From Squalus acanthias (Eukaryota), in the NCBI GenBank assembly GCA_030390025.1, contig CM059438.1:66280001-66344000 (forward strand): 64,000 nt of DNA. Reading direction: 5' to 3'. The notes beneath the pieces were generated by a model that saw only the letters and a list, made by a program, of their open reading frames with translations, had not been told where the DNA came from and did not search any database. A program made the position numbers and the translations under genes. Every line of letters begins with the position of its first letter. Position 1 is the stretch's first letter. Below are positions 24,627 to 37,061 of this stretch, in pieces.

Positions 24627-25326
24627 GGGCCAAAAATTCGGCACTTGCCGGGTGAGTACGCATTGTGTACTCACCCGTAAGGCATCCTGAAGTGCCGGTT
24701 TCCTGCATGCACTGCGGTAGAGGCTGCGCGCACGCAGCAAACTTAGGTTTTTTTTCAGGTTTCTCCGGGAAGGTAAGTATTGAAGAAGCTGCGCTTTTAA
24801 AAAGGAGGCGCAAGACCCGTTTTCAACAAGGTAAGTGGTTAATTAATTATAATTTAAACATTTTTTCAACAGGTTTATCTTTTTTAGACACTTTAAAGAA
24901 AGGTAAGTTTATTTTTAGCACTGTTAAAAAGTATTTTAATTTTTTCAAAAATTTAAATTTTTGTTTAAAGTAGTTAATTTATTTAACTTATAGTTATTTT
25001 ATAAATGTGATGGTTTTAAAAAAAAATTATTTGAAGTTTAGCTGTTCTTTTGGGGCTGATTTCAATTCATAGATTTGACAGGTCTTCCTGTCAAATCTAT
25101 GAATGAAAGATGGTCTGCTGCCATTGGCTCTCCATGGCCCACGTGATCCCAGGGGACGCATCGCACTAACTACGCCCCTGGGACATGCAAGCACTGCGCG
25201 CCGGCACTTGGAGCAGGCCCAGGAGCTGAAGTTCCCGTGGGCCCAGAGGTCAACGGCAGGCGCGGTAGGTAAGTGCGCGCGCGATCCTTGCACCCGCGGG
25301 AAGCCGGAGAGGCGAATTTCAGGGCC
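24627..25326 (+). mobile_element. Harbinger-type MITE, family A
   Basis: GGGCCAAAAATTCG...CGAATTTCAGGGCC, flanks ATT/AAT; similar to the copies at 28305, 48158, 57135 and 57889. Confidence 0.82.
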
Positions 25327-25719
25327 AATATGGAGGAGATCTGCTTTGGGGATTCAATATTAATGCACAATTATCCTATGGGAAAGTGGCCAGAGTGTAG
25401 TCCACAATACGACTAATTGTGTGTTGTCTGTGAATGGAACAGGTTTGACAGGCTGAGTGGCCTTTTCTTGTTCTATATTTTATGTTCTTGAATATTCTGG
25501 CAGCTCTGTGTTGACTTGCCCTTTGATTATTTTTTTCATTCCTTCTTCCATGCAGCCAAGTTTTTTGCCTCAGTTTGGCAACTCCCCGCTAATTTAGCAG
25601 TCATGTGGCGATTTCTAAGCGTGAACACCTTTTCTGGCAGTGTGCCACAAGACATTTTTGAAAACTTTAGGTGCCCCCTGTCCTTATCTACTGATACACC
25701 AACAATAACTTGCTTTTGT

Positions 25720-26640
25720 ATAGCGTCATTAACATAGTAGAATGTCCCAGGGTACTTCACAGGAGCGTTAGCAAACAAAGATTGACACCGAGCCACATAA
25801 GGAGATGTCAGGACAGGTGACCAAACATTTGGTCAAAGAGGTAGATTTTAAGGAGTGTCTTAAAGGAGGAGAGAGAGGAAGAGAGACGGAGATGTTTAGA
25901 GAGTGAATTTCAGAGCTTAGGCTCTAGGCAGATGAATTTTCGGCTGCCAACAGTGGAGCGATATAAATTGGGATGTCCAAGAGACCAGAATTGGAAAAGC
26001 GCAGAGATCTCGGAGGGTAGGACTGGAGGAGGTTACAGAGATAGGGAGGGGTGAGGGCATGGAAGGATTCGAAAACATGGCATTGCGGAACTGGGAGCCA
26101 ATGTAGGTCAGCAAACACAGGATGATGGGCGGATGGGACTTGGTGTGGGTAAGGATACGGGCAGCAGAGTTTTGGATTAGCTCAAGTTTACGGAGGGTGC
26201 AAGGTGGAAGGCCAGCCAGGAGAGCATTGGAATAGTAGAGTCTGGAGGTAACAAAGGCATGGATGAGGATTTCAGCAGCAGATGAACTGAGGCAGGGGTG
26301 GAGACGGGCGATGTTACGGAGGTGGAGGTAGGCGGTCTTGGTGTTGGTGAGGACAGGGGGTTGGAATCTCACCTCGGTGTCAAATAGGATGCCAAGGTTG
26401 CGAACGGTCTGGTTCGGCCTCAGACAGTGGCCAGGACGAGGAATGGAGTCGTAGGCTAGGGAAAAGAGTTTATGGCAAGCTCCAAAGACAATGGTTTAAG
26501 TCTTCCCAATATTTAATTGGAGTAAATTTATGCTCATCCAATACTGGATGTCAGACAAGCAGTATGACAAATCAGAGGCAGTGGAAAGATGAAGAGAGGT
26601 GGTGGTGAGGTAGAGCTGGCCATCAGTGTACATGTGGAAG
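25720..26640 (-). mobile_element. L2 LINE 3' portion
   Basis: ORF 25917-26372: AYLHLRNIARL..LIHAFVTSRLYYSNALLAGLP..LELIQNSAARILT. Confidence 0.88.
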
Positions 26641-27049
26641 ATCGATGCTCATTTGAAGCGGTGGTCGACAAACTCATTGCAACGATGAAACAATTACAAA
26701 AAGATGCTGTGAACTTGATTTTACCAACCTTGCACTGGCATAATCAACTTCTAGCTGGTGGATGTTATTACTCATGCTGGGCAATTTTGTCTTTATTTGA
26801 AGACAATAAGGTGGAGATTGTGAGCAACAGTCTGTAAATGACTACAGTGTTGACGTGCATTTGTCTAGGAGTGCAGTCGGACACAGACACATGGATCTCC
26901 CTCCATCGGCTGAATTGCAATGTTCGAACCCAGCTCCCTGATCCTGACAGCGTCAGACCCAAGAGTACACCCCATGATTCTGCCTTTGGGATATGGAGTC
27001 AGTTTTAGCAATGTATATTTAGGGAGCTGGTTTGCTGTCTGTGGGAAAT

Positions 27050-27297
27050 GTACCTTTGATGTGTGTAATAACCAATATAAACACCTTTTGATATACACAC
27101 CGACCAGTGTAAAGGCAGAAGTACCTTTTGATATATGTACCGACCATTGTAAAGGTAGAACTAACTACCTTTTTCTGTCGAGTGTAAAGATAACTGCCTT
27201 TTGATATTCTAATAAATAGTGTAAAGGCAAAGGTATCTTTGATATAGTCACTACGCAGCGCAAAGGGAAAGGTACTTTTGATATACATGCTGACCAC
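27050..27297. repeat. Degenerate ~40-bp tandem repeat (~6 units)
   Basis: Recurrent gtaccttttgatata...gaccagtgtaaaggcag. Confidence 0.65.
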
Positions 27298-28304
27298 CCT
27301 ATCCCCATTATGCTGTCTGTATTTTCTTAAATGTTACACTTTTCTCTCATGCACAAAAGCATTAAGCAGTTCTCCCTTTTAGACAAAGTAAATTTATTGA
27401 AGTCAGTAAAGTTCAGTTCAATATTTCATGTCAATATGGATCAATTGGGTCTGAAGTGGCAGTGGTATATAAGTGATTGTATTGATGTCTTAGCTACAAT
27501 ACTTAGATAGAAATTGGATTATTATATGTACTGGGATTGTTAATGTTAGGACAGCACAGGAGATGCATATGAGATATTGACTTTTTCAGAGCTTAATGCT
27601 CAATAATCTGTAGAATGAAATTTTACCTGCCGTTTAATCATTATCGATCAACAACTGTCTGAAGTCTCTTTCACTCCCGCTCGCTCTCTCTTCATGGCTA
27701 TAAACCATATTGTGTTGACATGTTTAGCAATCATTGTGCTGGGAATTTAAAGTGACTTTTTTTTAAATTCAGAAGAATATGTTTTTCATGTTTTCACCAG
27801 TCGATGTGCACTCTAGGACTTCCGTTTTCAATTGTTAACGGGTTGAAATTCCTCTGTCAGCTGTTTTTAACATATCGGCTTATGACAAATTTCCGTGTGT
27901 GCTATTTCAGTGCAGTTGTTGAGCCATTTCAAATAAATGGGTCGATGTTAACAGAGGAATCTGATGTAAATGCATTGTCAGTGTGCTCAGAATAACACAC
28001 AGAGGAATTTCAACCGCTTAATGTTAATCAGTTGTAAAAACAAATGTAGGAAAGATATGCATTTGAAGAAACGCTGGAAATACGAATCAATTCTCTACTA
28101 GGCCATGCTGGTTGTTTTTGTTAATGTTGCATGAAAATTATTTTTTCAAAATATACAATGGATGCTACAGTAATGATCAGTGATGGGAGAGATTCAAAAA
28201 ATACTTAAAAAAAAATCCTGTTTCACATCAGCAAGGAGTCGTGAAAATTGGTGGCAGACTTCAGTATTTTAAAATAAAAGTTAGATCCTGTGAGTTGAAA
28301 TATC

Positions 28305-29057
28305 GGGGCAGAAATTCGGGTCTCCACGGGTGAGTACGCGCTGTGTACTCACCCGTAGGGCCACCGGAAGTGCCGGTTTCGCGCATGCGCTGGAAACCGG
28401 AACTTCCGGTCTCGTGAAAGAAGGGGTTCGAGGGTCAACCGCGTGCGTGGTAGAGGCAGTGCGCACGCAGCGAACTTCGTTTTTTTTTTCAGGTTTCTCC
28501 GTGAGGATAAGTACGGAGAAGCTGCGCGGGAAAAAAGGAGGCGCAAGGCCTGCTTTTAACAAGGTAAGTGGTGAATTAAGTAGAATTAAAAAAAAATTTC
28601 AACAGTTTTATCTTTTTTACATACTTTAAAGAAAGGTAAGTTTATTTTTAGCACCGTTAAAAAGTGTAATTAATTTTTTCAAAAATTTAAATTTTTGTTT
28701 AAAGTAGTTCATTTATGTAATTTATAGTTATTTTTAAAATGTGATTTTAAATAAAAATTATTTGAAGTTTAAGTGAGGTTTTGGGGCCGATCTCTATTCA
28801 TAGATTTGACGGGTCTTCCTGTCAAAATCTATGAATGGAGATTCCCTGCTCCGATTGGCTCCCCATGGCCCACGTGATCCCAGGGGACACTTCGAACTAA
28901 CTGCGCCCCTGGGATACACAAGCACTGCACACCGGCAGCTGCAGGAGGCCCAGGAGCCGAAGTCCATGCGGGCCCGAAGCACAACGGCAGGCGCGGTAGG
29001 TAAGTACGCGCGTGATGCTTGCACCTGCGGGAAGCCGGAGAGCTGAATTTCTGGCCC
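28305..29057 (+). mobile_element. Harbinger-type MITE, family A
   Basis: GGGGCAGAAATTC...GAATTTCTGGCCC, TSD ATC/ATC; very similar to 57889-58639. Confidence 0.88.
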
Positions 29058-29259
29058 ATCATTTAAAAATAAAATAGTTTTTAGCCCCACAATTGTCAAC
29101 TTTTTAGGGTCTTGAGGTTCAGGTTGTTCACATTGCGTATCAAACTACAGTAAAGGAGTTGAAAGCAAGATTTATACCCAACAGCCAATGTTACAGAAGA
29201 GTTCAACAATTTCAGACAATAACCCCTGCCCCAATTTTTTCAGACCGCAGCTGTTGTTG

Positions 29260-29530
29260 ATTCTGCCATCCCCATTTGCAACATTTTACCACTCCTGCCT
29301 TCCACCCTATCACAGACCTTCCCTTTTGTACTTTCCTCCCCTTCCCTTTCCCTGCCTCTGCACCTGCTTAAAATTTGTTACCTCTCTAACTTTTTCCAGT
29401 TCTGACGAAGGGTAATCGACCTGAAACGTTGACTCTGTTCCGCTCTCCACAGACGCTGCCTGGCCTGCTGAGTATTTCCAGCATTTTCTGTTTTTATTTC
29501 AGATTCCAGCATCCACAGTATTTTTCTATT
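29260..29530 (+). mobile_element. Penelope-like element terminal remnant
   Basis: Pyrimidine-rich block, then a hammerhead motif, then ctctccacagacgctgcctggcctgctgagtatttccagc as at 470-520. Confidence 0.65.
29398..29434 (+). ncRNA. Minimal type I hammerhead ribozyme motif
   Basis: AGUU-CUGACGA-A-GGGU-aaucg-ACCU-GAAA-CGUU|GACU; stems I and II pair and stem III is the ACGU palindrome. Confidence 0.7.
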
Positions 29531-32269
29531 GTTACAGAGGGTGAGGAGCAACTGTGCGTAAGTACCACAAGATCATTTGGGCCCATCTAAAATTTATCCG
29601 TCAAGATAGATCTGAACATCCCCCGCCCCACCCCCTTTGTGGCATCCAATTGTTTCTGAAACAATTCCAGGGTTTTTGTCTCCACTACTCTAACTGGAAG
29701 CGTGTTGCAAACGTTGTGTGAAGAAAAACTTCCTGATATCAGTCCTGAAATTTCCGTTTATTAGTTTGAACCCGTGCGGGAGTAGAACTAGGGGACAGTT
29801 TAATTTTAAGTCGTATTCCAGGTTAACTTTTTCTACGAATGGCTTTGCCAGAGGCCATAGGGTATTGTTTCCTGCAGTTAAATACAGAGCTGAATAATTC
29901 GACGCTCTGATCATAAACGCAGTTCATAACCACTCAGCAGCTCCATGTTGAAAGGACAGTAGATTTGTAGCAATCTTGTTTAGTGTCCTGTTTTTACTGA
30001 GATGCTGCATCACTTCACTTACTATGTCTCGAACCCTGAGCTACCCGGAGGTCTTCTGCCTCCTCCCTCCTCCCCCCACCCCATTCCACCATTGGTGGCA
30101 GAACCTTCAGCCACCAGGCTCCCACAGTCTGTCATTTTCTTCCCAAGCCCCTGCGCCTTGCTCCATCTCTCACCACTTTCAAAAGCCTCCTCAAATGTTT
30201 CCCCTTTGGCCTCGCTTTCCCATCTCCTAACTGCTTCTCCTAATCTCCTTGCCCATTGGTGGCTTTCTCCCCTCCCCCCCTTTGCCAGGTTGAAGGCAGT
30301 AGACAAGTGAAAGTTCTTGTTGAAAATCAGGCATTTGATTTGTTGCTCTTGAATCCTTTCAGCTGGATGGACTAATAGTTGAGGTGGTCAGCCGCATATA
30401 TCGGCCTGCCCTGTCGCAAAATTGGGCAAATTTGGATATTGTGGCCTTCACCTCCCCTTGTAAGCACATACCTTGTCAATGTTATCGAGCGGCACCAGGC
30501 ATAGCGGCATGACCTCTTTGTCTACCTTGCCAAATGAAGCATGGAGGGACAAAGATAAATGTTTGCAGTGAAGGATAAAACAAAGAAAAAAATTAAATAG
30601 AAGAGGAAAAGAAAATTGCGAAAAATATAAAAGTCTTCCGGCACTCAGGCAGTCATTCTTTTTTTATTGTACTTTGCTATGTTTGTTGAAAGCCCCCAAT
30701 AACGCCAAGGTCCTTCTTTATCTGATAGGAGGCCATCTGTAAATATTATTGGGTTTATAGGCAAGCAATCATTCATCTGTCAAAAGATAAAAATAGAACC
30801 ATTTATCACTGCCGGAACATAATAGCTGCCACAAAAAAGTCATCTCCTCTCTTTTCCTAATGTTTAAAGGTCACTTATTACTTCAGTAAAAGGCAGTTTA
30901 AAGCATATCTATTAGTGGGAAATGAGGACAATTATAATGAATGACACGAGTAGACTTGAGGCGTTAAGCTCTGCAGCACGTGCACTGTTAGTACAACCGG
31001 AGAAATTTGTGGAAAAGGTGTTTTTTTTAAAAAGAGAAGTTTTTTTCTTAATTGTCCCTTATCAGCACAGCATTAAATCAGTGACAAGGACAAAGGGACA
31101 ATATGTGTGTGTGATTGATGCTGATATACAGAAATGATAAACATTAGCCTCATGGAAATTGCATTTTTTCAGTGTCTTTGCTTGTTACTTTTATGGTGTT
31201 TTTGAAGGTCTCTTTTGCTTGCTCAGCTGGGGGACGTGACATGTGCAAGGCATGCTTATGAGGCTGCAAAGCAAACTGCGGAGAAATCCACATCAGCAGA
31301 GTTTCACTTTGTCTTGAGTGGGATGCACAATTTCTTCCCGTAATGATACGCCCCACTTACCTAAATCCAGAGAAGGAAAAGAAAGAAAGAAAAACCTGCA
31401 TTTATATCGTGCTTTTCACAAACTCAGGACGTCGCAAAGCGCTTTACAACCAACTTTTGAAATGTGGTCGCTGGTGTAATGTGGGAAACGTAGCATCCAA
31501 TTTGCGCACAGCAAGGTCCCACAAACAGCAACAAGATAATGACTAGGTAATCTGTTCTTAGTCGTTGGTTGCTGGCATTTTACCAACTAAAACTGTGCAA
31601 CTCACTGGTATAGAGCAGTGGTACACCTCCCACTGCTTGTCCGTCTAAGATAGTCAGACTCCTTAAAGCAAGACCATTCAAGACATGGCTGAATCTGGTT
31701 TGAGCATCCCTCCATTCCTTTGTTCCACCATTGGCAGTTGTGCCTTCAGTCACCTAGGCCTCGCACTAATGCCCCCCCTAAACCCTTTTATCTTTTCAAC
31801 TCATTCTCCTCCTTTAAGATCCTCCTTAAAACCCACCTCACCTCCTCTTTCGTGTACCAATACCTATATCAGGAACTGCTAAGGGCATATGAAAGCAATT
31901 AATTATATATATATGTAAAATAGAGAGAGAGATGGAAATTGTACAAGCAGCTTTTCCAGTAACCAATGGGAAACTTTCTTCATTCTTAGGCAGGTTAACT
32001 TGTGAGAGGCACAACATTGACACTTGCTGATTAAAATTGAAGTTGCATGCTATAATGCATCTGTTATTATAGTACAGTCTATCCTCACTGTGAGCAACGT
32101 CATAGGATATCCATTGGCATATACCGATATATATGAAACAAATATAAGCTGAACAAAACAGAAGAAAGCTGGGCAAATTGCGCACAATAAATGTATCACG
32201 CCTCTTGCATTACAGCAACACCCGGACAGTTTATTGATGTCACCGATTGGTGGGCGGTGGGGGGGAGGC

Positions 32270-32916
32270 ACAGTTAATACTGAGGGAGACTGCAACAAAA
32301 TCCAAGAAGACATTAATAGACTTGCAGAGCGGGCATGTAAATGGCAAATTAATTTCAATATTGATGTGTGAGGTGGTGCATTTTGGTAGGAGAAATAAGG
32401 AGGCGACCTGCTCCTTGGAAAATAAGAATCTAAATGGAATAGAGAGCAAAGGGATCTGGGGTACACACTCTCAAATCATTAAAAGTTGCAACGCAAGTTA
32501 ACAAGGCCACAAAAACTGTAAACAACGCACTGGGGTTCATTTCTAGAAGAATGGAATTGAAAAGCAGGGAAGTTATGTTAAACTTGTATAGAACTTTGGT
32601 AAGATCACACTTGGAGTATTGAGCACAGTTCCGGTCTTCATAATAGAAAAAGGATATAGATGCACTGGAGAAGGTCCAAAAACAATTTACAGGATAATAC
32701 CAGAACTGAGAGGTTATAACTATCAGGAAGACTGAACAGGCTGGGGCTCTTTTCTCCAAAAAAGAGGGGTGACCTAATAGAGGTCTTTAACATGATGAAG
32801 GGGCTTGATAGGGTAGACGTAAAGAAAATGTTTCCGCTTGTGGGGCAATCCAAAACTAGGGGTCATTAATATAAGATAGTTACTAATAAATCCAATAAGG
32901 AATTCAGGAGAAACTT
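32270..32916 (+). mobile_element. CR1 fragment, lacking its 3' end
   Basis: tgtgaggtggtgcattttggtagg, cacacttggagtatt, gaattcaggagaaactt. Confidence 0.8.
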
Positions 32917-33235
32917 AGGGCGGGGGGGCGGGGATTTTAACCCCAAAAAACAGGTGGGTTGGGGTCGGATGGGAGGTTAAAGTATTAGAAATTTGTATCA
33001 CAAACCTAACCCACCTCCAACCCTGTCCACTCCCGGGTTTAACAGAGGCGGGACGGGGGTGGCCAGCCAACCCGCTCCCAGGAGGGATCTGGTCCTTTAA
33101 ATATTATAATGAGGCTGGAAGTCTCGGATTTAACCTGCTGTGCAGCCTTGGGGAGCAATCCTTGTAGCTCCCCCACTATCAGCCCCTCCCCCATACAACC
33201 TCCCCCCCACCCCCTCCACCCGACCCCCGGTGCCC

Positions 33236-34280
33236 CAAATCCCTGGTACCCTTCTAGTGAATCTCCTCTGCACCCTCGCCAAGGACCTGACATCCTTCCT
33301 AAAGTGTGGTGCCCAGAATTGGCCACAATACTCCAGCTGAGGCCTAACCAGTGTTTTATAAAGGATTAGCATAACTTATTTGCTTTTGTACTCCAGGGGC
33401 CAGATTTTCTCAATGGAGACGAGTTGGAGGCGGGACTACTGCTTGTCATGTCAATGTCCCGCCTCCATCCTCGCCTGACCAACCAGAGGGATTTTCCCCT
33501 GATTGACCTTGTTAAGCCCGCCCTGCGGGCTCAGCAGGCCAATTAGGGAGGAAGTCACTGACAGAGCACGTCAACATCAGACGTGCTATCTGTCAAGACT
33601 TCTTGGAAGAAGAAATGTCAGCATTTGACAGCTCTGTGAAGCTGTCAAACACTGACATTCTCTGTAGTTTGATGAGCCCTTGTGTTCAGGACTCATCAAA
33701 CCTTTCAACTTTGTCGATTTCACATGGCTGTTGGTTCGGAGAATCCAAAAGCCAGTCTGTGAAATCGACAACGAGGATGTCGAGTCTCCTGATCCAGAGA
33801 GGATGAAGGCTGTAGGAAGAAAACAAGGTAAGTAAACATTTTTTTACACTTATCACTCACCTTACATGCTTACCACTCCACATTTGCACCCATCACTCAC
33901 CTCTACATCTTACTTCCAGGTGCCTCCGACCGCCGTAGACCTCCTTCACGTCTCCTCCAACCCGACGGGGTTCTCTGAGGTCAGGAAGCCTTCACCTGTG
34001 AAGGTAAAACGGCACTAATCCTTTTCTCTGCCTGTTAACTACCTGTTAACAGGCAGTTAAAAGGATTAAATGCCTTTCCCGCCTCCAGGAGACGGGACCC
34101 GAAGCTGCACATCTTCCCGCCTCCTGGCAAAAGGGCACGGAGGCGGGATGGGGGCGGCTTTGCCATCCGCCCCCACTTTCTGCTACTTTACCGGCAGTCC
34201 CGCCTCCATGCCCGTCTCCTCGGGGCTTGGAAAATCCAGCCCTAGGTCTCTGTTTATAAAAGGATCCCGTATGCCATTTT
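33236..34280 (-). mobile_element. CR1 fragment split by the MITE at 33397-34242
   Basis: ORF 33130-33372 begins LYKTLVRPQLEYCGQFWAPHFRKDV; host continues at 34243. Confidence 0.78.
33397..34242. mobile_element. Harbinger-type MITE, family B
   Basis: GGGCCAGATTTT...AAAATCCAGCCC, flanks CAG/TAG. Confidence 0.83.
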
Positions 34281-34314
34281 AACCGTCGTTTCCTCTCTTC
34301 CACCTCTACTGGAC

Positions 34315-34670
34315 AGAAACTTAAATTTATATAGTGCCTTTCATAGCCTCAGGTGTCCCCAAGCGCTTTGCAGCCAAGAAAGTACTTTTGGAGTGTAGTC
34401 ACTGTCGTAATGTAGGAAACACGGCAACCAGAAGCAAGCTCTCACAAACAGCCATGAGATAATGACCAGCTAATCTGTTATTAGGTGTTGGTTGAAGGAT
34501 AAATGTTGGCCAGGACACCGGGGGCAACTCCCCTGCTCTTCTTTGAAATAGTGCCATGGGATCTTTTATGTCCACCTGAGAGGGAAGACGGGGCCTCGGT
34601 TTAATGTCTCAACTGAAAGACGACACCACCGACAGTGCAGCACTCCCTCAGTGCTCAAGTCTCTGGAGAC
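34315..34670 (-). mobile_element. DeuSINE (SacSINE1-like), partial
   Basis: Colinear with 1860-2250. Confidence 0.75.
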
Positions 34671-35252
34671 CATTCCATGGCTCCTGGCAACCTTCTGTTA
34701 ACCTACAAGACTAGATGTTGTGTCACCAGGCATTTGGTCTGGAGGTGTCACTTCTTTCCCCAATATCCCCTCATGCACTTTCCAGCAGGATTCATTGGAC
34801 AGCTAACAAGAGTGGAAAATATTTCCCAATTGACCCAGGGGTAGAAAGGCTAATTGTAGTGTTCTTGGTGCTGCTCCTGTTGAGATATCAAGGGGGAGAA
34901 ATTCGGTATTGCCCCGTTTGGGGCGCAATTATCGGCCGGGCGCAAAGTTCAGCGCCTGGCGCAAATTATCGCCTCCGACTGCAAACTTGGCTTCTATCGC
35001 CCCTGGAGGTGATTGGAGCGCTAAATCAGGCGCTACGCACCTGTCTTAAGGCGCAAAGGCTGAGGAGCGAGGCGCTAACTCAGAGCGCTGGCGAAGCTCA
35101 GGTGATGTCAGTTAGTAATGGATCACAGACACACTGGCGCCGGCCAGTTCTTAAAGAGGAGGGTCGATGTTGCTCTCCAGCCACATCCTGCTCATTGCAG
35201 CCTTAAATCTCGGCCTGGACAGACCTCAACCTCAAAGCTGCTGCAAAGAACT

Positions 35253-37061
35253 ATGGAGAGGGCCAGGGAACGAGCTCAGCGCTTCAGCGACCGGGACTTG
35301 CTGGCTCTGGTTGGCGCAGTGGAGCGCCGAAGATCAATACTGTACCCAGAGAGTGGCAGGAGGCCATTGCCCCGCGACTATAGAAGAGTGTGGAGGGAGG
35401 TGGCTCAGCACGTCTCCTCCAGAAGCATGGTGCCCAGGACCCTCACACAATGTCGGATAAAGTTCAACGACCTCACTCGGGTGGTCAGGGTGAGTGGCTG
35501 CTTTTCAATACCTCTCCATCCCTCCATCTCAACCTCACTCTGTGGCCAGAGGGTGTAAAAACCCAAAGCCCAAAGCTCATCCAAGACCTATGGTCATCTC
35601 ATAAAACACACATGCACATTCCACACCTTGCATACATTAAGGGCTATTCAACTGTGGGAGGCACATCAGGCAAGACCATGGCTGTATACAGTAAGGGCTA
35701 TTCACCTATGGGAGGCACATCAGGCAAGACCATGGCTGTATATTTAATCAGACGCCGTCCTTTTTCTTGCAGGCCAAGCTACCTCATAATAGGAGACAGC
35801 AGCAACGGACGGGTGGAGGGCGGCCTCAGCTGTAACCCCTCAGCGACCTGGAAGCGCGCGTCCAGAGGATCGTCGCAAGGCAGGTGATCAGTCCCATCGC
35901 CCCTGGAGAGGTCGACCCCCTTTGGGACAGCAATGGTAAGGTCATCAGCTTTCTCTCCTCTCTCATTCCACTTGTCCCTCACAACACCAGCCTTTTACAC
36001 TTTCAATCCAATTTACTAAATCGCTGCACTCCTTCCTCCCTTACTGCCCCCCTGTCCTGACGCTAAAGCCACTCTTGTACCTCCCTTCAGATGGTGATTC
36101 ATCAGCAGAGGAGACGGGCCCTCAAGCTGCCAGTAGGAGTGATGCCGCAGGCGAGGAGGAAGAGGAAGCCGGAGCCTCAGCGTCTCCCGAGGGAGCCCAT
36201 GCCCACACTGGGAACACGCCTTCCCTGGAGAGGAGCAGGGGGGAAGGGTCTGATGAGGGTGAAGCTCCGGGACCCAGCGGGCTGCAGCAACGTGATGGGG
36301 GTAGGGAAGCTCGGGGGGCCTTCTCCCCGGAGGGAGAGTAGGCCAGTGAGTCCTACTGCACTGGACGCAGAGGAGGAGTGGCTCATCGCTGAAATGAACA
36401 CCCAGGTGGTGAACATGCACACTCAGCTCATGGGTGCAATGGGAAAGGTGCCCGAAAGCATTGATGGACTGGTAAGGAGTGTGGAGCACTCCGCTGTAGC
36501 ACAGGCGGACGCAACGCTAATGCTTAGTGCTGCAATTCAGTCACTGGCTGCCGTGATCCAATCTCAGATTGCTCTCATGCAGACTCAGATTGAGACCACA
36601 CAAGCATTGACTGCTGCCATTGTCGCTGGTTCGGACACATTTCCCCGGGGCTCTCACCGCGCCGCAGCAGGCCAGCAATCTGTGCTCCAGCAGATTGCTC
36701 CAGATGCTGCGGTGCTGCCCGTGGTAGTGCCAGTGTGTCGGTTGAGCAGGGAGGTGCTGTCCTCTCTCAGGATGACAGCATTCCTGCTGCCACCACTGTC
36801 ACTTCCCCATTGCACTTGCCACCACTTGTAGCCCAGACTGCTGCCGCCCATGCAGAGTTGGTGCAGTCTGCAGCCGGGCCCTCCAGGCCCAGAGCTGGCC
36901 GAGGCCATCCTTCAAGGGCATCTGTAGTCTTAGGATCTGACATTCAGCAGCCTTCCACCAGCCTTGCTGCAGTCACTGGGGCCCCATTACGGAGGTGCAG
37001 TAGGGTAGGAAGGGGGGAAGTGCGCAAGGGAAGGAGATCACCCTTGAAGGGCAAAAAGTAG
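35253..37061 (+). pseudogene. Harbinger Myb/SANT (trihelix-like) DNA-binding protein gene, three exons (35253-35489, 35773-35935, 36091-37061)
   Basis: RFSDRDLLALV..W.EVA.....RTLTQCRIKFNDL; GT-AG sites join in frame to AKLPHNRRQQQRTGGG; premature TAA at 35833-35835; two apparent frameshifts in exon 3; basic C-terminus. Confidence 0.82.
35638..35742. repeat. Tandem duplication (54-bp period) in intron 1 of the Myb-like gene
   Basis: taagggctattca..gggaggcacatcaggcaagaccatggctgtata occurs twice. Confidence 0.9.
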
